Positions 21,990-33,390 of a DNA stretch of 64,000 bases are shown here, in pieces. The stretch's first letter is position 1, and each line of letters starts with the position of its first letter. The stretch is from Rhodoluna sp. GTDB lineage: Bacteria > Actinomycetota > Actinomycetes > Actinomycetales > Microbacteriaceae. The notes beneath the pieces are model-generated. The model saw only the letters and a list, made by a program, of their open reading frames with translations. It had not been told where the DNA came from and did no database searches. The position numbers and the translations under genes are program-made. The stretch covers positions 22,518-86,517 of the forward strand of contig JBIIXN010000002.1 in the NCBI GenBank assembly GCA_044347325.1, in the 5' to 3' direction.

Positions 21990-24900
21990 ATGTCTGGTCA
22001 GTCGCCGTTTGAGCGGTTTAACACCGCTCCAGCTGCATCAGGCCTATATGACCCTGCTCGCGACAAAGATGCCTGTGGGCTTGCCATGGTTGCAACTTTA
22101 CGTGGAACACCAGGTCACGACATCATCGAGACAGCTCTAAACGCACTTCGTAATCTTGAGCACCGAGGCGCTGTTGGATCAGATGCCGGTACCGGCGATG
22201 GTGCTGGAATCATTACTCAACTGCCAGATCTGTTCTTTAGATCAGTAGTGGACTTCGATTTACCAGCACAAGGTTCTTACGGAGCAGGTCTAGTCTTCCT
22301 AGGTCTTGAAGATGACTCAAGAAACTTCGAGGCTTCGTTTTCTAAGCTTGCAGCAGTAAGGGGACTGAAGCTACTCGGCACAAGAGTAGTGCCAACGAAC
22401 CCAGATGTTCTGGGCGACCTAGCCAGAGATGCAATGCCACAGATCATTCAGGTGTTTGTCTCACCCTCTAACGAGCTGTCAACCGACGATCTAGAACGTG
22501 AACTCTACTTCCTTAGAAAGAGTTCTGAGCGTGAGCTTTCTGTGTACCATCCCTCTCTGTCTGCGAGGACAATCGTTTACAAGGGTATGGTTACCACTCT
22601 TCAACTGGAACCATTCTTCCCTGACCTAAGCGATGCAAAGTTTGAATCAAAGCTTGCACTGGTGCACTCACGCTTTTCAACTAACACTTTTCCTTCCTGG
22701 CCACTAGCTCACCCTTTTAGAATGATTGCTCACAACGGTGAAATCAACACCGTTAAAGGAAACAGAAACTGGATGAAGGCTAGAGAGTCTCGTCTTTCTT
22801 CTCCAAACCTAAAAGACATAGACCAGTTGAAGCCAATCATTACCTCGGGTGGAAGCGACTCAGCTTCGTTTGACGAAGTTCTTGAACTTTTAGTTCAATC
22901 TGGTAGATCATTACCGCACGCCATGATGATGATGATTCCCGAAGCTTGGGAAAAGCAAACCGACATGGATCCTCAGCTTCGTGACTTCTATGAGTATCAC
23001 TCAATGCTCATGGAACCTTGGGATGGACCAGCGGCTGTTATCTTTACGGATGGAAATCTTGTTGGAGCAACGCTAGACCGTAACGGCCTTAGACCAGGTC
23101 GTTACATAGTTACTGAAGACGGGCTGGTAGTTCTAGCATCTGAGATTGGTGTTGTCGACATCGAACCGAGCAGGATTGTTCGCAAGGGTCGACTCCAACC
23201 AGGTCGTATGTTCTTAGCCGACACTTCAACTGGCCGTTTGATTGATGACTCAGAAATCAAGGCAGAGATTGCGGCAGCAGAGCCATGGGGTAAGTGGTTG
23301 GAAGAAAACCGCATCAACCTGAAAGATCTTCCAGAGCGCGAACACGTTGCATACACAAAGTCTTCAGTAGCACGTAGACAGCGCACATTTGGTTACACCG
23401 AAGAGGACTTGAGAGTTCTAGTGGCACCTATCGCCAAGGCTGGTGCAGAACCTCTGGGTGCTATGGGATCCGACACTCCGATTGCTGCTCTAAGCGATAG
23501 GCCAAGACTTCTATTTGATTACTTCGTTCAGCAGTTCGCCCAAGTAACGAACCCTCCACTAGACAGCATTCGTGAAGAGATTGTCACATCTCTTGGGGTG
23601 GGAATTGGTCCGGAACAGAATCTTCTAAGCGCAACACCAGAGCACGCGCAGATGGTGGTTCTTGATTTCCCTGTCTTAAACAATGATGAGATTGCAAAGA
23701 TCAAGTTCAGTGAAGACTCGGGTATCGGGAAGTCTCACATCGTCAAAGGTTTGTTCAGAGTCGACGAAGGTGCTGAAGCTCTAGTTCAAAGACTCAAGGA
23801 CATCAACACTGAACTAGATGAAGCCGTTGCTTCTGGATGCAAATACATCGTAGTTTCAGATCGTGACAGCAACAGGGAACTAGCTCCTATTCCAAGCTTG
23901 CTTCTGACTTCTGCTGTTCATCACCATCTGATTAGAACTGGTAACAGAACTAAGGTCGGTTTAGTTGTTGAAGCGGGTGATGTTCGTGAGGTTCACCACG
24001 TTGCAGCTTTGATTGGCTATGGAGCAGCAGCTATAAACCCATACCTAGCAATCGAGTCTGTTGAACTCATGGTTCGCAACGGAGCTATTCAGGGTGTGTC
24101 CATCGAGCAAGCTACCAAAAACATCATCAAGGGTCTCGGTAAAGGTGTTCTAAAGATCATGTCGAAAATGGGAATCTCGACCGTGTCTTCATATTCAGGT
24201 GCTCAATGTTTCGAAGCTATTGGTTTATCTCAGGAGTTTGTCGATGCTTACTTCACTGGCACCACCAGCCAACTTGGTGGAATCGGGATTGAAGTAATCG
24301 TTGAAGAGATCACGACTAGGCATTCGAGTGCGTACCCAATTGAACGAGCTATTCGACCACATGAACAACTTGAAGTTGGCGGCGAGTACCAGTGGAGACG
24401 TGAAGGGCCACCACACCTTTTCAACCCAGAGACAATCTTCAAGTTGCAGCACGCAACCAAGAACAAGCGCTTTGACATCTTTAGGCAATACACCAAGTTA
24501 ATCGATGATCAGGCCGAGCAGTTGATGACTCTTCGTGGGCTCTTCTTGTTGCGTGAAGGCGTTCGTCCTGCAGTTCCTCTAAGTGAAGTAGAACCAGCAA
24601 TCGAAATTGTGAAGAGATTCTCAACTGGAGCGATGTCTTATGGTTCCATTTCACCAGAAGCTCACGAAACTCTTGCGATTGCTATGAACATGCTCGGCGC
24701 TAAGTCAAACACTGGCGAAGGTGGCGAGGAAGTTGGTCGCCTCTTAGACCCAACCAGACGAAGTGCTATCAAGCAGGTAGCTTCTGGCCGCTTCGGTGTG
24801 ACAAGTATGTATCTAACTCACGCGGATGACATTCAAATCAAGATGGCTCAGGGAGCTAAGCCTGGTGAGGGTGGTCAGTTACCACCGAACAAGGTTTACC

Positions 24901-26549
24901 CATGGATTGCAGAGATTAGGCACTCAACACCAGGTGTTGGGCTAATCTCACCACCACCTCATCACGATATTTATTCAATCGAAGACCTTAAGCAACTGAT
25001 TTTTGATCTAAAGAGAGCTAACTCAAGTGCACGTATTCACGTCAAACTAGTTAGCCAGGTTGGTATTGGAACTGTTGCTGCTGGAGTTGCAAAAGCTAAG
25101 GCCGACGTGATTCTCGTTTCAGGTCACGATGGTGGAACTGGGGCATCGCCATTGAACTCTCTAAAGCACGCCGGAACGCCGTGGGAGTTGGGGCTTGCTG
25201 AGACTCAACAGACTTTGATGATCAATGGCTTACGTGACAGAGTATCTGTTCAGGTTGATGGTCAAATGAAGACTGGAAGAGATATTGTTATCGCGGCACT
25301 TCTTGGTGCAGAAGAGTTTGGTTTTGCAACAGCTCCATTAGTAGTTTCTGGCTGTGTGATGATGCGAGTTTGCCACCTGGACACTTGCCCTGTTGGTGTT
25401 GCAACTCAGAACCCAGACCTTCGAGCACGCTTCACCGGACAAGCAGAGCACGTTGTTAACTTCTTCATGTTCTTGGCAGAGGAAGTTAGAGAGTACTTGG
25501 CAGCTCTTGGTTTCAGATCACTCGATGAAGCTATTGGTCACAGTGAACTACTTGACGCTAATCGTGCGATAAGTCACTGGAAGGCGGATGGACTAGATCT
25601 AACTCCGATCCTTTCAGCGCCAAAGCCAAACACTGGGCCTTTGCGCAGGTTCACCTACCAAGATCACGAACTTGAGAAGCACTTCGACCACGAACTAATT
25701 CAGCTCAGCACAGCAGCGCTCGAAGACGCTCAGAGTGTTGTTATTGAAATGCCGATTAACAACACAGCTCAAGCAGTTGGAACCATGCTTGGTCATGAAG
25801 TAACTAAGCGTTACGGGGTAGCAGGGTTAGCCGAGGCAACCATCGACATTCGCGTCACAGGATCTGCTGGACAGTCATTCGGTGCATTTATTCCTAAGGG
25901 AATCAAGCTAACCATCTCAGGGGATTCAAATGACTACGTTGGTAAGGGTCTATCTGGTGGAACGATTGTTGTTCGCCCATCAGAGAGTTCGGTTTTCCCT
26001 GCCGATAAGAACGTTATTGCAGGTAACGTCATTGGCTATGGTGCTACAAGCGGAAGTATGTTCCTAAGCGGCATTGTTGGCGAGAGATTCCTGGTTAGAA
26101 ACTCTGGAGCGATTGCAGTTGTCGAAGGTGTGGGAGATCACGGTCTCGAATACATGACGGGTGGTACCGCAGTCATTCTTGGACGCACAGGGAAGAACTT
26201 CGCTGCAGGTATGTCTGGTGGTGTGGCATACGTGTACAAGCTTCGAGCTGACTTAGTAAACCACAGCGCTCTAACTGACGGCGAGATTGATTTGATGCCT
26301 CTTGATGACTCTGATGAGAAAACCCTAAAGGTTCTTCTTGAAAGACACGCACTGGAGACTAACTCGAAGTTAGCATCAAGTCTTCTGGCTAACTTCGATG
26401 TTTCTTCTAAAGACTTCACCAAGGTCCTGCCTCGTGACTATGCGAACGTAAAGAAGATTCAGGCTGCCGCTACTTTGAATGGCGAAGACCTTGACGGCAG
26501 CGTTGTCTGGCAAAGAATTCTGGAGGTGAGTGCAAATGGCAGATCCTAG
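21990..26549 (+). CDS. gltB: Glutamate synthase large subunit
   Basis: DACG N-terminal nucleophile Cys, [46 protein letters not shown] 3Fe-4S motif; ATG 21990 has a GGAG SD (alternative ATG 21978). Confidence 0.98.
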   Translation: MSGQSPFERFNTAPAASGLYDPARDKDACGLAMVATLRGTPGHDIIETALNALRNLEHRGAVGSDAGTGDGAGIITQLPDLFFRSVVDFDLPAQGSYGAGLVFLGLEDDSRNFEASFSKLAAVRGLKLLGTRVVPTNPDVLGDLARDAMPQIIQVFVSPSNELSTDDLERELYFLRKSSERELSVYHPSLSARTIVYKGMVTTLQLEPFFPDLSDAKFESKLALVHSRFSTNTFPSWPLAHPFRMIAHNGEINTVKGNRNWMKARESRLSSPNLKDIDQLKPIITSGGSDSASFDEVLELLVQSGRSLPHAMMMMIPEAWEKQTDMDPQLRDFYEYHSMLMEPWDGPAAVIFTDGNLVGATLDRNGLRPGRYIVTEDGLVVLASEIGVVDIEPSRIVRKGRLQPGRMFLADTSTGRLIDDSEIKAEIAAAEPWGKWLEENRINLKDLPEREHVAYTKSSVARRQRTFGYTEEDLRVLVAPIAKAGAEPLGAMGSDTPIAALSDRPRLLFDYFVQQFAQVTNPPLDSIREEIVTSLGVGIGPEQNLLSATPEHAQMVVLDFPVLNNDEIAKIKFSEDSGIGKSHIVKGLFRVDEGAEALVQRLKDINTELDEAVASGCKYIVVSDRDSNRELAPIPSLLLTSAVHHHLIRTGNRTKVGLVVEAGDVREVHHVAALIGYGAAAINPYLAIESVELMVRNGAIQGVSIEQATKNIIKGLGKGVLKIMSKMGISTVSSYSGAQCFEAIGLSQEFVDAYFTGTTSQLGGIGIEVIVEEITTRHSSAYPIERAIRPHEQLEVGGEYQWRREGPPHLFNPETIFKLQHATKNKRFDIFRQYTKLIDDQAEQLMTLRGLFLLREGVRPAVPLSEVEPAIEIVKRFSTGAMSYGSISPEAHETLAIAMNMLGAKSNTGEGGEEVGRLLDPTRRSAIKQVASGRFGVTSMYLTHADDIQIKMAQGAKPGEGGQLPPNKVYPWIAEIRHSTPGVGLISPPPHHDIYSIEDLKQLIFDLKRANSSARIHVKLVSQVGIGTVAAGVAKAKADVILVSGHDGGTGASPLNSLKHAGTPWELGLAETQQTLMINGLRDRVSVQVDGQMKTGRDIVIAALLGAEEFGFATAPLVVSGCVMMRVCHLDTCPVGVATQNPDLRARFTGQAEHVVNFFMFLAEEVREYLAALGFRSLDEAIGHSELLDANRAISHWKADGLDLTPILSAPKPNTGPLRRFTYQDHELEKHFDHELIQLSTAALEDAQSVVIEMPINNTAQAVGTMLGHEVTKRYGVAGLAEATIDIRVTGSAGQSFGAFIPKGIKLTISGDSNDYVGKGLSGGTIVVRPSESSVFPADKNVIAGNVIGYGATSGSMFLSGIVGERFLVRNSGAIAVVEGVGDHGLEYMTGGTAVILGRTGKNFAAGMSGGVAYVYKLRADLVNHSALTDGEIDLMPLDDSDEKTLKVLLERHALETNSKLASSLLANFDVSSKDFTKVLPRDYANVKKIQAAATLNGEDLDGSVVWQRILEVSANGRS

Positions 26550-27990
26550 AGGCTTTCTAAAAGTTACTGAGAGAGAAACTGCGAAGCGTCGACCGATTGA
26601 AGTTCGAATCAAGGACTGGAAAGAAGTTTACGAGCCTACCGATCCTGCAGTTTTAAAGAACCAAGCAGGACGCTGCATGGACTGCGGCATTGCATTCTGT
26701 CATCACGGCTGCCCTCTTGGAAACTTGATTCCCGAATGGAATGATCTGACCTGGCGTCAGGATGGCAAGACTGCAATTGAGCGTCTGCACGCAACCAACA
26801 ACTTCCCAGAGTTCACTGGAAAGCTTTGCCCAGCTCCATGTGAGAGTTCTTGTGTTCTTGGTATCAGTCAACCTGCAGTGACAATCAAAGAGATTGAAGC
26901 ATCAATCATTGAACAGGCTTTTGATAAGGGCTGGGTTGAGGCTCACGCTCCAGAGCGTATGACCGGCAAAACAGTTGCCATTGTTGGTTCTGGTCCTGCT
27001 GGGCTTGCGGCGGCTCAACAGTTGACCAGAGCAGGACACACTGTCGCTGTCTACGAACGAGATGCTCAAATCGGTGGCCTTCTTCGTTACGGTATTCCTG
27101 ATTTCAAGATGGAGAAGTATCACATCGACCGCCGTCTTGAACAGATGGAAGCAGAAGGTACAAGATTCAGAACCGGTATCACAATTGGTAAGGACATCAC
27201 CTGGGATGACCTCTTTAGAAGATATGAAGCCGTTCTCGTCGCTACGGGTGCTCCGAAGCCTAGAGATCTAAAGATTGATGGACGCGAACTTGAAGGCGTT
27301 CACTTCGCTATGGATTACCTAACTCAAGCAAACCAAGCTGTATCAGGCCTAGAAGTTAAGAATCAGATTATGGCCTCAGATAAGAAGGTTGTAATCCTTG
27401 GTGGTGGAGACACGGGAGCTGACTGTCTTGGCACAGCAACTCGTCAAGGCGCTGTCTCTGTAACGACACTTGCTATCGGCAACCAACCTCCAGCTGAAAG
27501 ATCCCCAGATCAGCCTTGGCCAACATTCCCTAATCTTTTCGAGATTGCTAGTGCGCACGAGGAGTTCGGTGAGAGGAAGTACCTTGCTAACACTGTTCGC
27601 TTTATCGGACAGAACGGCAAAGTTACTGGTATCGAGGTAGCAGAGACTGAGTTCCTAGATGGCAGAAGAGTTCCTAAGGCCGGAACTGAACAGATTATTG
27701 AAGCAGACCTGGTCCTCTTAGCACTTGGCTTTACTGGCCCTGAATCAAACATTCAGGTCGATGAAACCCCAGTTGAGCTTGATGAGAAGTCAAATCTGGC
27801 TCGTAACCAGAAGTATGCAACTAACATCGACGGTGTATTCGTTGCAGGGGATGCAGGTCGTGGTGCGAGCCTAATTGTTTGGGCTATTGCAGAGGGCAGA
27901 GCAGCTGCCGCTGCTATCGATGAGTACCTTGAGGGCTCAACAACACTTCCAGCACCAGTCAAACCGACCGATACGGGAATTCACGCCTAA
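26536..27990 (+). CDS. gltD: Glutamate synthase small subunit
   Basis: RCMDCG..FCH.GCP, CPAPCE..C, GSGPAG, GGGDTG; ATG 26536 follows GGAGGTG SD. Confidence 0.98.
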   Translation: MADPRGFLKVTERETAKRRPIEVRIKDWKEVYEPTDPAVLKNQAGRCMDCGIAFCHHGCPLGNLIPEWNDLTWRQDGKTAIERLHATNNFPEFTGKLCPAPCESSCVLGISQPAVTIKEIEASIIEQAFDKGWVEAHAPERMTGKTVAIVGSGPAGLAAAQQLTRAGHTVAVYERDAQIGGLLRYGIPDFKMEKYHIDRRLEQMEAEGTRFRTGITIGKDITWDDLFRRYEAVLVATGAPKPRDLKIDGRELEGVHFAMDYLTQANQAVSGLEVKNQIMASDKKVVILGGGDTGADCLGTATRQGAVSVTTLAIGNQPPAERSPDQPWPTFPNLFEIASAHEEFGERKYLANTVRFIGQNGKVTGIEVAETEFLDGRRVPKAGTEQIIEADLVLLALGFTGPESNIQVDETPVELDEKSNLARNQKYATNIDGVFVAGDAGRGASLIVWAIAEGRAAAAAIDEYLEGSTTLPAPVKPTDTGIHA

Positions 27991-27998
27991 CCCTTGGG

Positions 27999-28004
27999 TA
28001 GGCT
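27999..28004 (+). promoter_or_regulatory. Putative -10 (TAGGCT) for pyk, with short A-rich leader and AAGGA SD
   Basis: TANNNT 30 nt upstream of ATG 28035. Confidence 0.5.
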
Positions 28005-28034
28005 AGTAAAAGCAAAACAAGCAAAAAGGAATAT

Positions 28035-29477
28035 ATGAGACGCGCGAAAATAATTGCGACCCTGGGACCAGCTGTTTCCACCTACGAATCCATTAAGGCC
28101 ATTGTTGAAGCAGGTGTCGATGTCGCGAGAATGAACCTCAGCCACGGTAGCTATGACGTCCACGAGGGTCTATATAAGATTGTTCGTCAGGTTGCAGCAG
28201 ATCTAAACAAGCCAATAGGTATTTTCGTTGACCTCCAAGGTCCAAAGATTCGTCTCGGTAGATTTGCCGACGGCCCAGTAACCCTAGTAAAGGGTGCTAC
28301 TTTCACCATCACAATTGAAGACATCCAGGGTGATGTCAACATCTGTTCGACTACCTTCAAAGGCCTGCCGGGTGATGTGAAGGTTGGCGACGTCTTGCTA
28401 ATTGACGACGGAAAAGTAGGGCTTAGAGCAACAGCAGTTGACGACAAGTCTGTAACAACAGTTGTGGAAGTTGCTGGAGTCATAAGTAACAACAAGGGAA
28501 TCAACCTTCCTGGTGTTGCTGTAAACGTTCCTGCACTAAGCGAAAAGGATGAAGATGATTTGCGCTGGGGTATTCGCCTAGGTGTGGACATGATTGCCTT
28601 GTCTTTCGTTAGAAACGCTTCAGACATCGTTCGCGTTCACGAGATTATGAAAGAAGAAGGCAAGTTCCTTCCAGTAATAGCCAAGATAGAAAAGCCTCAG
28701 GCTGTTGATGCTCTTGAAGAGATCATTGATGCTTTTGATGGCTTAATGGTTGCTCGTGGAGATCTAGGTGTTGAGCTTCCATTCTGGCAAGTGCCACTAG
28801 TTCAGAAGCGTGCTATCGAACTTTCAAGAAGATGGGCAAAGCCTGTAATTGTTGCGACCCAGATGCTTGAGTCAATGATTTCTGCTTCTAGACCAACAAG
28901 AGCGGAAGCAAGCGACGTAGCCAACGCTGTTCTAGATGGTGCTGACTGCCTAATGCTTTCTGGTGAAACTTCAGTAGGAGAGTTCCCAGTTGAAACTGTT
29001 GCAGCTATGGCTAGCATCATTGAATCAACTGAAGAGAATGGTCTAAGCCGTATCCCTCCTTTAGGAACTAAGCCACACACCCACGGTGGAGCAGTCACTC
29101 TTGCAGCTACCGAAATAGCAGAGTTGCTCGGCTCAAAGTTCATTTGTGTCTTCACTGTTAGTGGAGACTCGCTAAAGAGAGTTGCGCGTCTTCGTCACGA
29201 GATTCCAACCATTGCCTTCACGCCTTCAGAAGAAACTAGGCGTCGCCTATCGCTGGTTTGGGGATCAAACGTTCACCTAGTTGAGGAAGTCACTCACACA
29301 GATGACATGATGCACCAAGTTGATGAAATCCTCATCGGCAAGGGCATTGCAAAGATTGGTGATGAAGTCGTTGTTGTTGCTGGCACTCCGCCAGGTATCC
29401 CAGGCTCAACGAACTCCCTTAGAGTTCACAGAGTCGGCGACGCACTAAACGCAGCTGCGCCGGCTTACGCAAGATAA
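28035..29477 (+). CDS. pyk: Pyruvate kinase
   Basis: KIIATLGPA, ARMNLSHG, DLQGPKIR, IAKIEKP, MVARGDLGVE, ATQMLESM. Confidence 0.99.
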   Translation: MRRAKIIATLGPAVSTYESIKAIVEAGVDVARMNLSHGSYDVHEGLYKIVRQVAADLNKPIGIFVDLQGPKIRLGRFADGPVTLVKGATFTITIEDIQGDVNICSTTFKGLPGDVKVGDVLLIDDGKVGLRATAVDDKSVTTVVEVAGVISNNKGINLPGVAVNVPALSEKDEDDLRWGIRLGVDMIALSFVRNASDIVRVHEIMKEEGKFLPVIAKIEKPQAVDALEEIIDAFDGLMVARGDLGVELPFWQVPLVQKRAIELSRRWAKPVIVATQMLESMISASRPTRAEASDVANAVLDGADCLMLSGETSVGEFPVETVAAMASIIESTEENGLSRIPPLGTKPHTHGGAVTLAATEIAELLGSKFICVFTVSGDSLKRVARLRHEIPTIAFTPSEETRRRLSLVWGSNVHLVEEVTHTDDMMHQVDEILIGKGIAKIGDEVVVVAGTPPGIPGSTNSLRVHRVGDALNAAAPAYAR

Positions 29478-29512
29478 AGATAAACCCCCAAGCTATTTGG
29501 GGGTTTATCTTT
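29476..29512. terminator. Bidirectional intrinsic terminator between pyk and tRNA-Leu
   Basis: Perfect 16-bp inverted repeat AAAGATAAACCCCCAA-GCTAT-TTGGGGGTTTATCTTT between convergent genes. Confidence 0.88.
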
Positions 29513-29597
29513 GGTGCCGAAGGTGGGAGTCGAACCCACACGCCCTTTCGAGCAAAGCATTTTGAGTGCTCCGCGTCTGCCATTTCGCCACTTCGGC
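29512..29597 (-). tRNA. tRNA-Leu (anticodon CAA), CCA encoded
   Basis: Minus strand GCCGAAG...TGGCAGAC D-loop, anticodon loop CTCAAAA, long variable arm, GGTTCGACTCC T-arm, CTTCGGC-A-CCA. Confidence 0.97.
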
Positions 29598-29611
29598 TTG
29601 TATCGATGAAA

Positions 29612-29617
29612 AGTCTA
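29612..29617 (-). promoter_or_regulatory. Putative -10 (TAGACT) for tRNA-Leu
   Basis: Minus-strand TANNNT 14 nt upstream of the mature tRNA 5' end. Confidence 0.5.
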
Positions 29618-29647
29618 AACCATTCCAAAGAATTCCGTTTGTCGGAG

Positions 29648-29653
29648 TAATCT
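29648..29653 (+). promoter_or_regulatory. Putative -10 (TAATCT) for leaderless ANTAR response regulator
   Basis: 6 nt before ATG 29660. Confidence 0.55.
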
Positions 29654-29659
29654 AAATCT

Positions 29660-30247
29660 ATGAACGAAGCCATCCGCCCAAGTGTTGTTGTCGCTGAGGA
29701 TGAGGCTATTATCCGCTTGGACATTGTTGAGACTCTTACCGAGTCTGGGTTCGATGTCATTGGGCAGGCTGGCGATGGATCAGAAGCCGTTCGGTTAGCC
29801 CTCGAACTAAAGCCAAACCTAGTACTCATGGACATAAAGATGCCTGGCACCGATGGGCTCCAAGCAGCTGAAATCTTGGCTGAGCACAAAGTGCCAGTTG
29901 TTTTGCTCACCGCTTTTAGTTCACCTGAACTTGTCGAAAGAGCCAGCGAAGCCGGTGTCTACAGTTACGTTGTAAAGCCTTTCAACCCGAGTAATCTCAT
30001 TCCCGCTTTACGAATTGCATTATCTCTGCATGAGCGTATGTCGAACGCTGCCAATGAGGTTGATGAGATCACCGAGAAGCTCGAAACTAGGAAACTTGTT
30101 GACCGAGCTAAAGGGCTTTTAACTGAGAAGATGAAGCTCAACGAGCCTGAAGCCTTTAGATGGATTCAAAAAGCGTCTATGGACAGACGACTATCTATGA
30201 AGCAAGTAGCTCAGACTGTGATTGAGCAGTTAGCAGAGAAGCCTTAG
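29660..30247 (+). CDS. pdtaR: ANTAR-domain response regulator (PdtaR/Rv1626-like)
   Basis: Receiver AEDE...LMDIKMP...YVVKPF plus ANTAR LETRKLVDRAKGLL...AFRWIQKASMDRR; conserved next to tRNA-Leu and polA in actinobacteria. Confidence 0.92.
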   Translation: MNEAIRPSVVVAEDEAIIRLDIVETLTESGFDVIGQAGDGSEAVRLALELKPNLVLMDIKMPGTDGLQAAEILAEHKVPVVLLTAFSSPELVERASEAGVYSYVVKPFNPSNLIPALRIALSLHERMSNAANEVDEITEKLETRKLVDRAKGLLTEKMKLNEPEAFRWIQKASMDRRLSMKQVAQTVIEQLAEKP

Positions 30248-30663
30248 CGGTTATCTCTCAAGAAGTTCGTTATTCGAATGGTTGAGAGTCTGTTGCCCTG
30301 CTCGTCTTCAACAGCAATCTCATGGGTTGCTAGATTGCGCCCAATATTCACAGCCTTGGCAGTTGCTTTTATTACTCCTTCACGAGCGCTCTTGGTGTGT
30401 GAAGCATTGATTTCTATGCCAACTGCGTGACGGCCAGGACCAGCAGCCAAAGTCGCACACATGCTTCCAAGAGTTTCAGCCAGAACAACATATGCTCCAC
30501 CATGAACTATTCCTAGTGGCTGGGTGTTTCCATCAGCTGGCATGGTGGCGACGCCGTGGCTTGCATCGAGAGCGAGAATCTTGATTCCCATGCGATCGGC
30601 TAGGACACCTAAGCCACGCTTTTCAATCCATTCGGCGATTTCTGGAGACATTTCAGAAGACAT
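30244..30663 (-). CDS. PaaI-family hotdog-fold thioesterase (MenI/YdiI-like)
   Basis: NTQPLGIVHGGAYVVLAETLGS, VGIEINASH motifs; GAGGA SD. Confidence 0.9.
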   Translation of the reverse strand: MSSEMSPEIAEWIEKRGLGVLADRMGIKILALDASHGVATMPADGNTQPLGIVHGGAYVVLAETLGSMCATLAAGPGRHAVGIEINASHTKSAREGVIKATAKAVNIGRNLATHEIAVEDEQGNRLSTIRITNFLRDNR

Positions 30664-30708
30664 AAATTCCTCGTAGCCCTGTTGGCGGTTGTTTTGAACT
30701 GGTCAAGT

Positions 30709-30715
30709 TAGGCTA
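30709..30715. promoter_or_regulatory. Putative bidirectional -10: TAGGCT (+, leaderless polA) overlapping TAGCCT (-, thioesterase)
   Basis: TAGGCTA reads TANNNT on both strands; + hexamer is 6 nt before the polA ATG. Confidence 0.55.
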
Positions 30716-30720
30716 TTGCA

Positions 30721-33390
30721 ATGACCAAGTCCAAGCCTACTCTTTTGCTAATCGATGGTCACTCTTTGGCCTTCAGAGCGTTCTATGCGCTTAGCCCTGA
30801 CTCTTTTAAGACTCCAGATGGTCAACACACCAACGCAGTTCACGGCTTTATTTCCATGATGCTCAACATTCTGCAGAATGAGAAGCCGACTCACTTAGCC
30901 GTTGCCTTTGACATATCAAGACATTCTTTCCGAACAGATGAATATCCGGAGTACAAGGGGACACGCGGTGAATCACCACCTGAGTTCAATGGTCAAACAG
31001 AACTGCTACGCGATGCACTAGCTGCCATGAACATCACTACTTTAACAAGAGAAAACTACGAGGCCGATGACATCATCGCAAGCCTCGCTGATCAAGGTGC
31101 AGCTGCTGGATACAAGGTTCTCATCGTTTCAGGGGATAGAGATACTTTCCAGCTCATACAAGACGATGTAACGATTCTTTACCCAGTCAAAGGCGTGATG
31201 AATCTTGCTCGCATGACAGATGAAGCTGTTCTCGAAAAGTATGGAATCCACGCCAAGCAGTATCCAGATCTTGCTGCTCTTGTTGGTGAAACATCTGACA
31301 ACCTGCCCGGTGTTCCAGGAGTTGGACCAAAGACAGCGGCTAAGTGGTTGCAACAGTATGGTGATCTCCAAGGTGTACTAGCCGCAGAGAGTGACATCCC
31401 AGGAAAAGTAGGCGAGAGTCTAAGAGAGCACCGAGAACTTGCAATCAGAAACCGAAGACTCAATCATCTCGTTAGAGACTTGGACATCGGTTACTCATTC
31501 GATGCATTCCACCTAGGTCCGGTGAATGAGAACGCAGTTCGAGATTCATTTGCCAAAATGCATTTCAGATCACTTCTAGAGAGGGTGTTACGTGCTCTGG
31601 GTGTCGAAGCAGGAACATCATCAGGTCCTGCTCCAACAAACACAGAAGCCCAAGTAGTTGTCGAGGAAGTAATCACTCAAGTCGACCTTGTGCTCCCGAA
31701 GGAACCTAAAAGTGCTGCCGATGCGCTTGAGAAGATCTACGCATCACCCAAACCAAGCGCTGTGTTCTTTGTCTTCGGAGACGAGAGTATCTTGTCGGCT
31801 GGTATTGCCAATCAAAGCTTGAGAGTTTCACTAAAAGCCAGAGATTTCGATAAGAAGTTCTACACATGGTTAGCTTCTGCGCAACCGAAGATTGTTTTCA
31901 ACGCTAAGGCTGCAGAGCGATTCCTTTTGGGTTCAGGTAAGACTCTTTCTGGATTTGCCGATGACCCAATGCTGATGGCTTACATAGACAACCCACTTCG
32001 AAAGGGATTCTCGGCTGAAGATCTAGTTTCTGAGTATCTTGGCGTTCAGTTGGAGGAAGAGTCAGCGGAAGAACTGGTTCAACCTGATAAAGACCTGTCC
32101 GCTATCGCTTGGTACGTTTTCCAGCTGAACCAAAAGCTAACCAGTGTTTTGGCTAAGAGCAACCAAACGAAAGTTTACAAGGAAGTCGAACTAGCTTCTA
32201 GTTCGCCGCTTGCCAGGATGGAACACACCGGCATCACTCTAGATGTTGATGGCATGGGGAAACTTGTAAAGAAACTCGACAAGGAAATCGCGAAGATCGC
32301 CTCAGAGTGTTACGAGATTATTGGTAAAGAGATAAACCTTGCATCACCTAAGCAACTGCAGACAGTCCTGTTTGATGATTTAGGCATGGAGGGAACCAGC
32401 AAGGTAAAGACTGGGTTCTCAACCAACGCTGAAGCACTGACAACGCTATTCGAACAGAATGGTCATCCATTCCTAGAGAAACTTCTTGCTCACCGAGAAG
32501 TTACCAAGATTAGACAAATTGTTGAAACCATTAGCAAGGCTGTTTCATCTGATGGACGAATCCACACCACATACGTTCAGACAGGTACTTCAACAGGACG
32601 TCTTTCTTCAGAGAACCCAAACCTGCAGAACATTCCGGTCAGGTCAGATCGCGGAAGACTAATTCGAGATGCTTTCATTGTTGGCGATGACTTTGAAACA
32701 TTGCTTACCGCCGATTACTCACAGATTGAAATGAGAATCTTGGCTCATCTGAGCCAAGACGAAGGTCTAATCGAAGCATTCAAGTCAGGCGAAGATCTTC
32801 ACAAGTTTGTTGGTTCTAGAATCTACGGTGTCCCACCATCAGAAGTAACCGGAGCGATGCGCTCAAAGGTAAAAGCTATGTCCTATGGACTGGTCTACGG
32901 TCTTAGTGAATATGGGTTAGCAAAGCAGCTTCGTATTTCTAACGCTGATGCAAAGCAGCTTATGTCAGATTACTTTGACCGCTTTGGCGGCGTTAGAAGA
33001 TACCTGAGTGAAGTTGTTGAAGAAGCAAAGGACCGTGGATACACAGAGACCATTGCTGGACGAAGAAGACCTTTCCCTGATTTGAAGAGCAAGATTTTCG
33101 CCGTCAAGGAGAACGCTCGAAGAGCTGCGTTGAACGCCCCAATTCAAGGAACTGCGGCTGACATCATGAAGACGGCCATGATCAATGTTGATAGGGCCCT
33201 AGTTGGAGCCAACGTCAAGAGCCGGATTCTGCTGCAAGTCCACGATGAATTGGTTATCGAGGTTGCCAAGGGCGAACTGGAAAAGGTTCAGGAGCTAGTT
33301 ATCAAGGGCATGAACGAAGCGGCTCAGCTGGCTGTTCCTCTGGAAGTAAGCGTTGGAGTTGGCAAGAGCTGGGATGAGGCTGCTCACTAG
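30721..33390 (+). CDS. polA: DNA polymerase I
   Basis: 5'-3' exo LIDGHSLAFRAF / YEADD, polymerase motifs TGRLSS.NPNLQNIP, ADYSQIEMR, R..VK..SYG..YG, LQVHDEL; 3'-5' exo region degenerate. Confidence 0.98.
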   Translation: MTKSKPTLLLIDGHSLAFRAFYALSPDSFKTPDGQHTNAVHGFISMMLNILQNEKPTHLAVAFDISRHSFRTDEYPEYKGTRGESPPEFNGQTELLRDALAAMNITTLTRENYEADDIIASLADQGAAAGYKVLIVSGDRDTFQLIQDDVTILYPVKGVMNLARMTDEAVLEKYGIHAKQYPDLAALVGETSDNLPGVPGVGPKTAAKWLQQYGDLQGVLAAESDIPGKVGESLREHRELAIRNRRLNHLVRDLDIGYSFDAFHLGPVNENAVRDSFAKMHFRSLLERVLRALGVEAGTSSGPAPTNTEAQVVVEEVITQVDLVLPKEPKSAADALEKIYASPKPSAVFFVFGDESILSAGIANQSLRVSLKARDFDKKFYTWLASAQPKIVFNAKAAERFLLGSGKTLSGFADDPMLMAYIDNPLRKGFSAEDLVSEYLGVQLEEESAEELVQPDKDLSAIAWYVFQLNQKLTSVLAKSNQTKVYKEVELASSSPLARMEHTGITLDVDGMGKLVKKLDKEIAKIASECYEIIGKEINLASPKQLQTVLFDDLGMEGTSKVKTGFSTNAEALTTLFEQNGHPFLEKLLAHREVTKIRQIVETISKAVSSDGRIHTTYVQTGTSTGRLSSENPNLQNIPVRSDRGRLIRDAFIVGDDFETLLTADYSQIEMRILAHLSQDEGLIEAFKSGEDLHKFVGSRIYGVPPSEVTGAMRSKVKAMSYGLVYGLSEYGLAKQLRISNADAKQLMSDYFDRFGGVRRYLSEVVEEAKDRGYTETIAGRRRPFPDLKSKIFAVKENARRAALNAPIQGTAADIMKTAMINVDRALVGANVKSRILLQVHDELVIEVAKGELEKVQELVIKGMNEAAQLAVPLEVSVGVGKSWDEAAH

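Noticed and set aside
29419-29910. 163-aa minus-strand ORF spanning the pdtaR antisense strand, the tRNA and the terminator
   Set aside because: It reads through a tRNA gene and a terminator and is the shadow of pdtaR; no protein motif
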